Shown here one piece after another: positions 11,992-25,029 of a stretch of DNA of 64,000 nt. The DNA lies in contig CM059432.1 in NCBI GenBank assembly GCA_030390025.1, forward strand, positions 59,026,001-59,090,000, in the 5' to 3' direction. Each line of letters opens with the position of its first letter. Position 1 is the first letter of the stretch. A program made the position numbers and the translations under genes. The notes under the pieces are model-generated. The model ran no database searches. It was given only the letters and a program-made list of their open reading frames with translations, and was not told the DNA's origin. Source of the stretch: Squalus acanthias. Its lineage: Eukaryota.

Positions 11992-14900
11992 CACAGAATT
12001 CATGCCAATTAGTTGACTAGACTGGATTTAGCAAGAGACAGCAGAAGGTGATGATAAATGGAAAAAGCTCAGTCTGAGGCCAGTGAGTAGGGGACAACTG
12101 TGATTCATAATTTACATTAATGATTTAGATTTAGGAACAAGTAGCTCAATATCAAAATTTGCAGATGATACCAAACTTTGGGAGCAGGGAATAACTAACA
12201 CTGAGGAAGAATGCAACATAATACAAGAAGACATTATAAAACTTGTAGATTGGGCAGTTAAGTGACAAAGTAACTTTAACATAGATAAATGTGAGGTGAT
12301 GCACTTTGGTAGGAAATCTAGAAACATCACCCACACCTTGGAAAATAAGAAACTGAATGGGGTAGAAGAGCAAAGGGATTTAGGGATCCAGGCGAACAAA
12401 TCATTAAAAGCAGCATTGCAGTTTAGCAAAGCAATTAAAAATGATAACAAAGCACTGGGATTTATTTCTGGGGTATAGAATGCAAAAGTAGTGAAATTAT
12501 GTTAAACTTGTATAGGACTCTGGTCAGGCTACACTTCGAGTAATGTGCACAGTTCTGTTCTCCATACTATAAAAAGGACAGAGAAGCAGTGGAGAAAGTG
12601 CAAAGAAAATTTACAAGGCTGGGACCAGAACTGATACATTTCAGCTATCAGGAAAGATTGAAAAGGTTGGGGCTTTTTTCTTTAGAAAAGAGAAGACTTA
12701 GAGGTGACCTGATAGAGGTCTTTAAAATTATGAATGGGTTAGACAGGGCAGATGTGGAGAGAATATTTCCACTTGTGGGAGAATCCAAAACTAGGGACCA
12801 TAAATACACGATAGTTACTAATAAATTCAATAGGAAAATAAGGAGAAAATTCTTTACTTAGAGAGTAGTTAGAATGTGGAACTCTCTACCACAGAAAGTA
12901 GTTGAGGCAAGCTTAGATACTTTCAAAAGGAAACTAGATGAGTACATGAGAGAAAAGGGAATAGAAAGATATAGTGAAAGGCTGAGATGAGGCAGGTGGA
13001 ATGGGAGGAGACTCGCGTGGAATATAAACACCAGCACAGGCTAGTTGGGCCGAATAGCCTATTTTTGTGTTGTTTATTCGATGTAATTCTATGTAATTCT
13101 CCTGGAGTCCTTTCTAGGTCCCTGGTGTTCATAATACTGATTAATATTACAAAATTTGTTAATGACACCAAGCTACATGCCTAGGTGTCTAGTGTAAGGC
13201 ATTTTAAAGGAAATGTTACAAGTATATGTAGCCCGCCAGTAGTGCAAGCAGGCATTTCAGAATTTTCCAACCTTTCATTTTAAAGAATAGAAAATTGGGG
13301 ACAGACTCATAAAGTTATTGTCATACCATGTATGAGCTCCCTCAAACTGTCCGCGGTTGCACCTATGGAGGCCAACATGTCTTGGCTCTACAGTGTTAGG
13401 GAGCTGAGCGCTGAGAACAAGACTTGGGCTTTTCACCCCTTTAACAGAGGCATCTGAGAGCAGAGATAAACGGTATGGAAAAGTTAATCTGGAAAATTAC
13501 TTTAAACTAAACTGTGAAAGTAGAAAAAGGGGACACGGGAGATGCTACTGAATGGCAAATTAATGATTCATATCAGGAAGTTCTTCACAAAAAGAGTAAT
13601 GAACACATGTAACAGACTCTCGGATAGAGGAGTGGAGGCAAAAACCCTGGAATAATTTAAGGAACAACTGGATGCCAGAATGGGACTTTAGGGTCTCTGG
13701 ATGAATGAGCTAACATGAGCTGAATTATCTTGTAACTGAAGTGCTATTGCCCATGTGGCATTTTACAGATAGGAGAAATTTTATTACACGTGTTGCAAAG
13801 CCTAGAATTAGGCATTACAATTAACTAATTAAGTTACTCAGCAGTAATATTCAGGGCAAATTCAGGGTCTAAATGTTTAAAATGAATAAAGGAAAGGAAT
13901 AAAAGAAATAAGAAAGAATGAAACTAAAATAATGAAGCAATCTTACTGTGTTAGTTCACAGTGTGATATCGAATGGCCCAGTTATACTACGGGTTTCCAT
14001 GGCGATGTAACATGGTTTTCACGTCACATCGATGCAAAAACTGCAATAGAACAAGGGAGTCACGACTCTAGTGCATTGAATGTGGAGTCCCACAACACTT
14101 CAGCCTCACACAATCTATAGTATAACTTCAATCAGTGTAAAGCCAGTTTTCAAAAGTTCCTGGCTATTAAACTTTCTGGTAATATTAATAAATTATTTTA
14201 CATTTGGATGCCAATGAGTGGAGCCAGTGGAGCATATCAAGGACGGCTTGTTTGTGCAGGTGAAAATGTGAGCTGCGGCATTCTGGATAACTTGTAGTTT
14301 ATGGAGTGTGCAAGAGGAGAGATAGGCAAGAGTATTGGAGACGTCCAGCTGTGAGGTGGATAAAGGCATGGATTAAGGTTGTGTTCCCTCAATTCATTGC
14401 TGCAATATGTTGAGTGTTTCAAAGGCCCAGGCTGGAACAAGATATTTCAAAGTGTTTCTTTTTAACAAAGGACAGAAATGATGACATTAGTTTCTGAAAT
14501 ACACTGAAATAACATAGGGTTCAGTAGTCAAGGAAGCCTAGCTGTCTCAGCTTCTCAAATTCAGTTCAATTTTGATCTGAAATCGTGCCAATCAAAAGGG
14601 CAGTCAGCCCAGAGGCCCCTTGCACTCAGCAGCGTAGCTTGAAATAGTTCTTAACTATATTAAAGTCACAGACTACATGTTGATTTGCTGCAAATTCAAG
14701 ACTCACAAAGAGCTGCCTTTTTCTCTGAAATGCTGAGTGGAGGACAGGAGAGCAATTATATTTCATTTAGTTAGGCTGATGCCAGGCTACACAGTCACAC
14801 TGTAAAATGCAGAAGGTTCAACTTCTTCCCTTGCTCTGTTCAAAACATTTTGAGGTAAAATGTTTGGGTTCCTGAATTTATCTTTCAAATAATGACAAAA

Positions 14901-16462
14901 TGTTTGTTTGCAATCTCAAACCTGCTTACTTTAATACATTAATGTATTTATTTCTTGCATTTCATATTTAGGTTTTTATTTTTCTTCTCTCCTGCATCCT
15001 GTGTTGAGGCAGAAGGATAGACTACTACCTCAACCACTGACCCTCTGTAGTGAGAATGTAAATGAACAAAATCCTACTTGGATGCCTTTATTCACAAACT
15101 TCTCTCCTGAAGTTGTTGATCCTTGTTGGCTGTAGCTCCATGGACAATGCCAGTCCTGGACAAAATGTGTGTTTGCAATCTCAAATGTGCTTATTTTAAT
15201 ATTTTAATGTATTTATTTATCCCACTTTTCTCTTCCCATTTATTTTGTACACATTTTTCATGTGTGAGGATGCACAGTAGGGAGTAGAATCTCCAGCTGT
15301 AACTTCGGCGAAGATTGGTGGAAAGCCTGAAGAAAAAGCAGAAAAGGCCATTTATGCCGTTTCTCTGGGGTTTCTATTGAACATGGGCCAAGGTTACGAT
15401 GGGGCATTGGGAGAACCCCCAGCAGAAATTCCATGTACATCTGTCAGTAGGCTATTGGTCCAAAAAGAGAAACACAGCTGACACCAATTAAGGGTCACAT
15501 GATAATGACTAGGAACACAAACCCCTAGCTAATTGCTTTCCTCTCCCGAGCACTGTGGTGCTAAGTTACATTGTAGCAACTGAGAGGGCTCGTGACACTG
15601 TCAAGACTCACCTGTAAATAATCACCACTTGGGTGAAGTACCAGGGGGCTTTCAGTGCTTGTGGGACCATATCATAGCAAGCAGTCAATGCTTTAGAAAA
15701 GGTAGAAGAAATAAGGATTAGAAGAAAAGTCCCCAGTTCCCAATAGTATGTTAATATGCTAGATTCCTGCCACCTTGACATTAAATACAAAATACCTTAA
15801 AATTTTCTTTTTAATGCAATTTTTACTATGAAACTGAAAATTGTTAGTACTGCAGAATAAAACACTTTCCATATTGGGCAACTAGTATCAGCATCAAGCA
15901 CTCCCTGACATAAATTGTTTTAAACCATCACATAAATCAAGATCACTTTGTTAGTGTCATTATTAAGTAACCATGTTTCAATATCTGTCTCCTTTTCTAT
16001 ACTAGCTCTTTCCATCACTCCTAACTTTGAAACCAGGTTATCTACTCAGTCTCACAGATGCTTTGCCTTTTGAACTCCAGCAACAGTAATAATACTGGAT
16101 ATAGCAGTCAGATACAGAGTAAAGCTCCTTATACTCTGCCCCAACAATAAGCCCAGCTCAACCTGCCTGCACAAATGTGATATTCTTCCATTTCCTACAG
16201 GTTTAACAGAGGACTTTCACCGTGGCTATAAATGCTGACCACTTCATAGTGTTCTCTTATTTTCCTATGCTTACCAGCTAGAGGAAGCAAGACAAAATAC
16301 AAGGGACATTTGCAAGTACAGCCAAATGAGCTGTAAAGAGAAGAAATGAAAAAGAGACAAAGGAAAATAAGAGTGAAGAGAACAAGAGAAAGGCAAATAT
16401 ATCAATGCCACATTTATACCACACTGAAGGATGTAGGATTGTCTCTTATTTCACAGCAATGT

Positions 16463-17003
16463 AAACAGCAGGAGCCCAGGAGAGAGCGAGAGTTCGGAGC
16501 TACTAAAACAGCGGGAGCCCAGGAGAGAGCGAGAGTTCGGAGCTACAAAAACAGCGGGAGCCCAGGAGAGAGCGAGAGTTCAGAGCTACTAAAACAGCGG
16601 GAGCCCAGGAGAGAGTGAGAGTTCGGAGCTACTAAAACAGCGGGAACCCAGGAGAGAGCGAGAGTTCGGAGCTACTAAAACAGCGGGAGCCCAGGAGAGA
16701 GCGAGAGTTCGGAGCTACTAAAACAGCGGGAGCCCAGGAGAGAGCGAGAGTTCCGAGCTACTAAAACAGCGGGAGCCCAGGAGAGAGCGAGAGTTCGGAG
16801 CTACTAAAACAGCGGGAGCCCAGGAGAGAGCGAGAGTTCGGAGCTACTAAAACAGCGGGAGCTCAGGAGAGAGCGAGAGTTCGGAGCTACTAAAACAGCG
16901 GGAGCCCAGGAGAGAGCGAGAGTTCGGAGCTACTAAAACAGCGGGAGCCCAGGAGAGAGCGAGAGTTCGGAGCTACTAAAACAGCGGGAGCCCAGGAGAG
17001 AGC
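16463..17003 (+). repeat. 43-bp tandem array (about 12.5 copies) forming the CR1 5' end
   Basis: Unit aaacagcgggagcccaggagagagcgagagttcggagctacta. Near-identical copies, no spacers. Confidence 0.95.
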
Positions 17004-17198
17004 AGCTACGACGGACCAATGAGTGTAAAGAAGTAAAAAGTAATCGAAGTGTGACATCACCAGAAAGCAGGTAAGTGATTGGTTGGTGAGTATTTCTATA
17101 TTTCTCGTTTTTTTTCCAAACTTGGGCGTCTAAGTTTAAGTGCCTTGGTGTAGATTAAAAGATATACATGTTCCAAATTTTAAAACTAAATTAATTAG

Positions 17199-19305
17199 TT
17201 GAGATTGGAGACCAGGCAATGTGTTGTTGTTGTTGGGTGTGGGAGCTGGTGGACACCATTGAGGTCCAAGGCGACCACAGCTGCAGCAAATGTTGGCTGC
17301 TCGAGGAACTTCGGCCCAGGGTTGATGAGCTGGAGTCCGAGATTCAGACACTGCGACACATTAGGGAGGGGGAGCATTACCTGGACACTAAGTTCCAGGA
17401 GGCAGTCACACCCACTAGAGTAATTACTTCCAATTTGGCCCATGGTCAGGGACAGGAGGGTGTGACTACAGCGAGGCAGGTATTGGGATCCAGGAGGTAG
17501 TGATGGAGGAGCCTCAGCCCTTGGCCTTGTCTAACAGGTACGAGATTCTTGCTCCCTGTGTGGACGAGGGCAGGGACTGCAGGGAGGATGAGCAATCTGA
17601 CCACAGCACCGTGGTACAGGGAGCCATTCAAGTGGGGGGAGTAAAAAGAAATGTTGTAGTGATAGGGGATAGTATAGTTAGGGGGATAGACACTGTTCTC
17701 TTGAAGGGATAATTACTAGTCCTAGCCCCTTTTAGGGCTACCCCGGCTCAGGCATATTCCTCAGACGTTCACTTTCAACTAAAGTTTGAGGTAGCCGAAT
17801 CCTAAAGACGCTTAATTGGGTCTGAAGGTCCGGACTATCTCTCCCTAAAGGAAAGGATCAACCTGAAAATTTTACCGTCCTCCAGATAGCACTTTTAATA
17901 AGTTTAGCTAGACTGTAACATTCTGGATATTATGAGGGTCCGGAAAACTCCCCCAGAATTCTACAACTCCTCACCAAAGAGTGTACAGAGATTGAGTTCT
18001 CGAGTTTGATACAGAAGTCTTATGTGAGACAATTCTAAAAATATATAGATTTATTAAAGAACCGACATGTAATTTACAGTTGGTGAGTCAATCACAACAT
18101 TAACAGTTCCAAAAAGAGAAAGCTTATAATTCTATTATCAGAGAACCTTATTCTCAAATCTTAACTTTGCTATAGTTTTACAGTTCTTAGTTTTCTACAG
18201 GATATCCACCAAAATCAAATACCTTTGATACCCGAGGTACAAAGAGTTGGAGACTTACAGAGTCGCCTCTGAAGCCAAGAATCGCCTTGCCCCATTAAAG
18301 CGAGTCTACTATCCCATTTGAGAGTTCAATATTTATACCCTTTTCCAGTGGTATTTCCTTTAAGGTTTTCTGCTGATGTAAGCTAATTATCTCTAGTCAT
18401 TTTTCTGCTGACCCCTGCAATTCTTACAGTCATCTCAGCTGGTAGCATTACAGAATTATGTCTCTTCTCTAGGTGTTCTAAGTTTACCATAAAAAATGGT
18501 GTAACAGCAGGTGCGTTTTACTTGATGTCATTTTTACGAAGGCAGATGTTTCTTAATTTTATGTGCTTCTTTACGAAGTGTAAATTAGAACACCTTAACC
18601 AGGGTAAACCATTGTCTTGTTCTGAAAGATTCAGACTACTGGAGCCTTTAACCTTCTGTTTCAATAAGGTTATTGATTCAGTGTCAACAACTATCTTATC
18701 TCTATAGCCAGAATACTTTCCAAGCTTTTTCATAGTTAGGTTTCTAGATTTCCAAACCCAGTTTGTCATGTTTTAATAAGGCCAGAATTCTTTCATAGAA
18801 TGGTGTATTTTTCTGAATAGGTTATATGGCTTATTCCTTCACACTCTGCAGCCGAGAGTGTGAGTCCCGAAGGCTGTGTTGCCTGCCCGGTGCCAGGGTT
18901 AAGGACATCTCCTCTGAGCTGGAGAGCAACTTGGAGTGGGAGGGGGAGGATCCAGTTGTCATGGTCCACGTAGGCACCAATGACATAGGTAGGACAAAGA
19001 AAGAGGTTCTGCTGAGAGAGTATGAGCAGCTAGGAGCTAAATTAAAAAGCAGAACCACAAAGGTAATAATCTCTGGATTACTACCTGAGCCACGAGCGAA
19101 TTTGCATAGGGTAAATAAGATCAGAGAAATGAACAAGTGGCTCAAAGACTGGTGTGGGAGAAATGGGTTTCGATTTGTGGGGCACTGGCACCAGTACTGG
19201 GATAAGAGGGCGCTGTTCCGTTTGGACGGGCTTCACTTGAACCATGCTGGGGCTAGAGTCCTGGCGAATCGAATAGCTAGGGCTGTAGAGAGGGCTTTAA
19301 ACTAA
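17199..19305 (+). pseudogene. CR1 ORF1 (Cys-rich, coiled coil, SGNH/GDSL esterase), disrupted by LTR insertion
   Basis: CSKCWLLEELRPRVDELESE, VVIGDSIVRG, CCLPGA, VHVGTND, DGLHLN. Confidence 0.85.
17702..18843 (-). mobile_element. Solo LTR (ERV1/Gypsy-type), 1142 bp
   Basis: TG..CA ends with inverted repeats TGAAGGGATAA / TTATTCCTTCA(CA). 4-bp TSD CTCT (17698-17701, 18844-18847), and removing the insert restores CR1 ORF1 DTVLCSRE. Minus-strand TATAAAT (18337-18331) and AATAAA (18055-18050). Confidence 0.85.
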
Positions 19306-19489
19306 ATAGTGGGGGGGAGGATCCAGGTGAGCGTGAATTTAAAAAGTCAATGAGAAATGAGAAAGCAATAGAGCAGGATAAAGATGGGGGAAATAATAAC
19401 CAGAGTGTGACAGGAAGGGACAGAATATTTAAAAATAAGACTGCAACAGAAAATGGGGCCAAAACAAGGAGGAATGGTAAAAAGACAAA

Positions 19490-22170
19490 GTTAAAAGCTC
19501 TATATCTGAATGCATGCAGCATTCGTAACAAGGTAGATGAGTTGACGGCACAAGTAGATACAAATGGGTATGATCTGATCGCCATTACAGAGACGTGGTT
19601 GCAAGGTGATCAGGGCTGGGAACTAAATATTCCAGGGTATTTGACAATTCGGAAGGATAGACAGAAAGGAAAGGGAGGTGGGGTGGCTTTGTTGGTAAAG
19701 GATGGGATCAGTGCAGTGGTGAGAAGTCTCTGGTGGGCGTAGTCTATAGGCCCCTGAACAGTAGCAATACTGTTGGACAGAGTATAAATCAACAAATAAT
19801 GGAGGCCTGTAAAAATGGTACGGTAATAATCATGGGTGATTTTAATCTCCATATTGATTGAACAAATCAAATTGGCCATGGTAGCCTTGAGGAGGAGTTC
19901 ATAGAGTGCATCCAGGATGGTTTCCTAGAACAGTATGTAATGGAACCAACCAGGGAGCAGGCTATCTTCGATCTGGTACTATGTAATGAGACAGAATTAA
20001 TAAATTATCTCATAGTAAAGGATCCTCCAGGAAAGAGTGATCATAGCATGGTTGAATTTCAAATTCAGTTGGAGGGTGAGAAAGTTGTATCTCAAACCAG
20101 TGTCCTGATCTTAAACAAAGGCAATTACAATGGCATGAGAGCAGAACTGGCTAAAGTGGACTGGAAAAATAAATTAAAGGGTAAGACAGTTGAAATGCAG
20201 CGGCGGACATTTAATGAGATATTTCATAACTCTCAACAAAAATATATTCCAGTGAGAAAGAAAGATTTTAAGAGAAGGGAGCACCATCTGTGGCATACTA
20301 AGAAGTAAAGGATGGTATCAAATTGAAAATGAAGGCATACAATGTTGCCAAGATTGGTGGGAGACCAGAGGATTGGGAAATTTTTAAAAATAGCAAATGA
20401 TGACTAAAAAAATAATAAAGAGAGAGAAGATGAATTATGAGAGTAAACTGGCAAGAAACATTAAAACAGATAGTAAGAGCTTCTACAGGTACATAAAAAG
20501 GAAGAGGGTAGCTAAAGTAAACATTGGTCCCTTAGAGGATGAGACCGGGGAATTAATAATGGGGAACGGGGAAATGGCAGAGACTCTGAACAAATATTTT
20601 GTATCTGTCTTCATGGTAGAAGACACTAACAACATCCCAATAATGGGTAATCAAGGGGCCACAGGGAGGGGGGAACTAAAGACAATCTCGATCACTAAGG
20701 AAATAGTACTTGGTAAAATAATGGAACTAAAAGATGACAAGTCCCCTGGACCAGATGGCCTGCATCCCAGGGTCTTAAAAGAAGTGGCTGCAGAGATAGC
20801 AATATACCAAAATTCCCTGGACTCTGGAGAGGTCCCAGCAGATTGGAAAACCACAAATGTAACACCCCTATTTAAGAAAGGAGGGAGACAGAAAGCAGGA
20901 AACTATAGACCAGTTAGCCTAACATCTGTCATTGGGAAAATGCTGGAGTCCTTCATTAAGGAAGCAGTAGCAGGGCATTTGGAAAATCATAATGCAGTCA
21001 AGCAGAGTCAGCATGGTTTTATGAAAGGGAAATCATGTTTAACAAACTTGCTGGAGGTAACGAGCAGGGTGGACAAAGGTGAACCAGTGGATGTGGTGTA
21101 TTTGAATTTCCAGAAGGCATTCGATAAGGTGCCACATAAAAGGCTGCTGCATAAGATAAGAGCTCACGGAATTGGGGGTAATATATTAGCATGGATAGAG
21201 AATTGGCTAACTAACGGAAAGCAGAGAGTTGGGATAAATGGGTCATTTTCCGGTTGGCAAACAGTAACTAGTGGGGTGCCACAGGGATCGGTGCTGGGGC
21301 CTCAACTATTTAAAATCTACATTAATGACTTGGATGAAGGGACCGAGTGTAATGTAGCCAAGTTTGCAGATGATACAAAGATGGGTGGGAAAGCAAGTTG
21401 TGCAGAGGACTCAAAGAACCTGCAAAGGGATATAGACAGGCTAAGTGAGTGGGCAAACATTTGGCAGATGGAGTATAATGTGGGAAAGTGTGAGGTTATC
21501 CACTTTGGCAGGAAAAATAAAAAAGCAAATTATTATTTAAATGGAGAGAGATTACAAAATGCTACAGTTCAGAGGGACCTGGGGGTCCTTGTGCATGAAA
21601 CACAAAAAGTTAGCATGCAGGTACAGCAAGTAATCAAAAAGGCAAATGGAATGTTGGCCTTTATTTCAAAGGGGTTGGAGTATAAAAGCAGGGAAGTTCT
21701 GCTGCAACTGTACAGGGCATTGGTGAGACAACACCTTGAGTACTGCGTACAGTTTTGGTCTCCTTATTTAAGGAAGGATATACTTGCATTGGAGGCAGTT
21801 CAGAGACGATTCGCTAGGTTAATTCCAGAGATGAGGGGGTTGACTTATGAGGAAAGGTTGAGCAGGCTGGGCCTATACTCATTGGAATTTAGAAGAATGA
21901 GAGTGATCTTATTGAAACATATAAGATACTGAGGGGGCACGACAAGGTAGATGCAGAGAGGATGTTTCCCCTCATGGGGAAATCTAGAACGCGGGGGCAC
22001 AGTTTTAGAATAAAGGGTCACCCTTTTAGAACTGAGATGAGGAGGAATTTCTTCTCTGAGTCGTAAATCTGTGGAATTCTCTGCCCCAGAGAGCTGTGGA
22101 GGCTGGGTCATTAAATGCATTTAAGGTGGAGAAAGACAAATTTTTGCAAGATAAGGGAGTGAAGGGTTAT
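19490..22170 (+). pseudogene. CR1 ORF2 (APE endonuclease and reverse transcriptase), broken
   Basis: LYLNACSIRNK, AITETWL, GDFN, SDH, YRPVSLTSV, QHGF, AFDKVPH, GVPQGSVLGP, FADD. Confidence 0.92.
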
Positions 22171-23024
22171 GGGGAGTGGGCGGGGAAGTGGCTTTGAGCC
22201 CAAGATCAGCCTTGATCTTATTGAATGGCGGAGCAGGCTCGAGGGGCCAAGTGGCCTATTCCTGCTCCTATTTCTTATGTTCTTAAGTGGGAGCCACATT
22301 GTCACTGCCTGCTCACATCATTGTGAAGTTGGAGAAGGCAGGTCTGGTTTCTATGTTCTTTTAGAATGTGTTTACAATTTCATTAGAAATACAGTACCAA
22401 ATAGAGGACATTTTTATAACACCTTTATGATGTTGCTGCACATAAAGGTATATATTCCAGTCACCAGGATCAGTCATGTCAGCACAGAGAGCAGCGGGGA
22501 CTAGAATGCTGGGCAGGATTACTTTCACCAGATCCCTTCCCAATGAGCACAGTGTGCACTTTTTCCCTGCCTTTGAAACCACTTAAAATGCTACAAGAGT
22601 TGCATTTTAATATTGAAATATATGTAAATATGATTCTTTCTTTAAAATGGGATTGCACTGTGCACTCTGCTCACCCATCTACATTGGGCATAAAGGGAAA
22701 CACTATGTGTGATGAAACTTTTAAAGTGTCACTTTTTTGTATGTTCTTATGTTCATTTTCCAATACCTTTTCAGTGGTGTTCTTTGCTTGTTTTCCTCAA
22801 CTCTTTCTCTGATTGTTTTTGTACATATTGGTGATGTTTATGTAGGACAAAGCAGCCAAATATTTACAAGACCTCATCAGAACAGAAAGAGCTTACCTAT
22901 CACTTACCCACAGCCTGTCTTTTGCCTCCACACTGGCTTTACTATCCATTGAACTTTACCAGCCACTTTTGCTCTATATGCCTTTGGAAAGGCTGGCAAA
23001 AATTTTAAATCCTTTATAGCATAA

Positions 23025-24102
23025 CTCATGGGATTGGGTGTAATATACTAGCATGTAGGAATAAACAGGTCATTTTCAGGTTGGCAGGGGGTACTGCAAG
23101 GATCAGTGCTTGGGCCTCAGCTATTCACAATCTATATCAATGATTTGGATGAGGGGACCAAATGTAATATATCCAAGTTTGCTGATGATACAAAGCTGGG
23201 TACGAATGTAAGTTGTGAGGAGGATGAAAAGAGGCTTCAAGGGGATATGGACAGGCTAAGTGAGTGGGCAAGAACATGGCAAATGGAATATAATGTGGAG
23301 AAATGTGAAGTTATCCACTTTGGTAGGAAAAATAGAAAAGCAGAGTATTTTTAAATGGTGAAAGATTGGGAAATGTTGGTGTTCAGAGGGACCTGGGTGT
23401 CCTTGTACACGAATCACTGAAAGTTAACATGCAGGTACAGCAAGCAATTAGGAAAGCAACTAGTATATTGGCCTTTATTACAAGAGGATTTGAGTATAAG
23501 AGTAAAGATGTCTTACTGCAATTATATAGGGCCCTGGTGAGACCACACCTGGAGTGTACAGTTTTGGTCTCCTTACCTAAGGAAGGATATACTTGCCATA
23601 GAGGGAGTGCAATGAAGGTTCACCAGACTGGTTCCTGGGATGGGGGGATTGTCCTATGAGGAGAGATTGTGTAAACTAGGCCTATATTCGCTCAAGTTTA
23701 GAAGAATGAGAGGTGATCTCATTGAAATTTATAAAATTCTTACAGGGCTTGACAGGGTAGATGCAGGGAGGATGTTTCCCCTGGCTGGGGAGTCTAGAAC
23801 CAGGGGTCACAGTCTCAGAATAAGGGGTTGACCATTTAGGACTGAGATGAGGAGAAATTTCTTTACTCAGAGGGTGGTGAATCTTTGGAATTCTCTACCC
23901 CAGAAGGCTGTGGAGGCTCAGTCGTTGAGTATATTCAAGACAGAGATCGATAGATTTTTGGCTATTAAGGGAATCAAGGGATATGGGGATAGTGCAGGAA
24001 AGTGGAGTTGAGATAAAAGATCAGCCACGATCTTATTGAATGGCGGAGCAGGCTCGAGGGGTCAAATGGCCTACTCCTGCTCCTATTTCTTATGTTCTTA
24101 TG
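23025..24102 (+). mobile_element. 5'-truncated CR1 LINE
   Basis: LGPQLFTIYINDLD..FADD..KCEVIHFG fragments. Tail ctcctatttcttatgttcttatg. Confidence 0.9.
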
Positions 24103-24106
24103 AAAG

Positions 24107-24570
24107 GCTCAGCCATAGTTCAGCGGTTGCACTCTTGCCTCTAGGTCAGAAGGTTGTCAGTACAAGTCCCACTCCAAGGACTTGAGCACATAACCTTGAC
24201 TGTGACCTCACTGCAGTACTGAGGGAGTGCTGCAGTGTCAGAGGAGCCATCTTTCAGATAAGACATTATGCCGAGGGCACAACTGCCCTCTCAGGTGGAC
24301 GTAAAAGATCCCATGGCACCATTTCTAAAAAGAGATGGGGAGTTCTCTTCAGTATCCTGGCCAATATTTATCCCTCAACCAATGTCACTAGAGCAGATTA
24401 TCTGGTCATTATCTCATTGTTGTTTGTGGGAGCTTGCTGTGCACAAATTGACTGCCACGTTTCCTACATTACAACAGTGAATACACTTCAAAAAGTACTT
24501 CATTAGCTGTAAAGCGTTTTGGGATGTCCTGAGGTCATGAAAGGCGCTATATAAATGCTAGTTCTTTCTT
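24107..24570 (+). mobile_element. tRNA-derived SINE, DeuSINE/SacSINE1-like
   Basis: tRNA-like head, central body and tail gtcctgaggtcatgaaaggcgctatataaatgc. Homologous to copies at 25118, 51191 and 52022. Confidence 0.8.
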
Positions 24571-25029
24571 TTAGTAACTATTACAATTTGTGGCCATTAC
24601 CTTTAAGTGGCTTCATTCCTTCACGCTTAGGACAAGGCCCAATCTCGACTGGGAGCTCACCTTGAATAAGAAGTGGGAACCGATTATGGAAGATTTAGTG
24701 TTCCCAATTAGTGTGAGTGAAAAGCTCACAGTACTCCATTCCTATCGCCTCAGTCCCGGGACTGGAAAATCTAACTTTAGTAACCAGAGGAATTCTTAAC
24801 CCAAGGAGTACATATGTGCCAACTTAGAAAATTAGCAAAAAGCTGACCAGCCTCAACAATCAGACAATTCAAAAACTACCCTGACATAGAAAGTGACCTT
24901 TTGGTTCTCTTGTCCTCTTCCCCCAGTTCACAGAAGTGATTTCACCTCGCCTCTTTGTTCCTGCTGGCACTCTACTGTCTCCCTGCACTCACTTCCTGCT
25001 GGTACTCTTTACTCCAGTTCATGTTGGCA

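Larger units (their letters stand above)
9670..13095 (+). mobile_element. Old CR1 LINE (RT to 3' tail) interrupted by two DNA transposons
   Basis: YLDFQ motif split at 9728/11509. LDFQ..VPH..RINTHG at 11509-11573. FADD region ~12160. C-terminal ORFs 12296-12861. Tail attctatgtaattc. Confidence 0.8.
16463..22285 (+). mobile_element. Near full-length decayed CR1 LINE
   Basis: 5' repeat array, ORF1 with Cys-rich and SGNH esterase motifs, ORF2 with APE and RT motifs, 3' tail cctatttcttatgttctta. Multiple stops and frameshifts. Confidence 0.95.

Noticed and set aside
16463..17003. CRISPR-like array
   Set aside because: Units are contiguous with no unique spacers, the context is eukaryotic and there are no cas genes.
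20397..21932. Active reverse transcriptase (511-aa ORF)
   Set aside because: Upstream stops and frameshifts, internal deletions, a frameshifted C-terminus and an LTR-disrupted ORF1.
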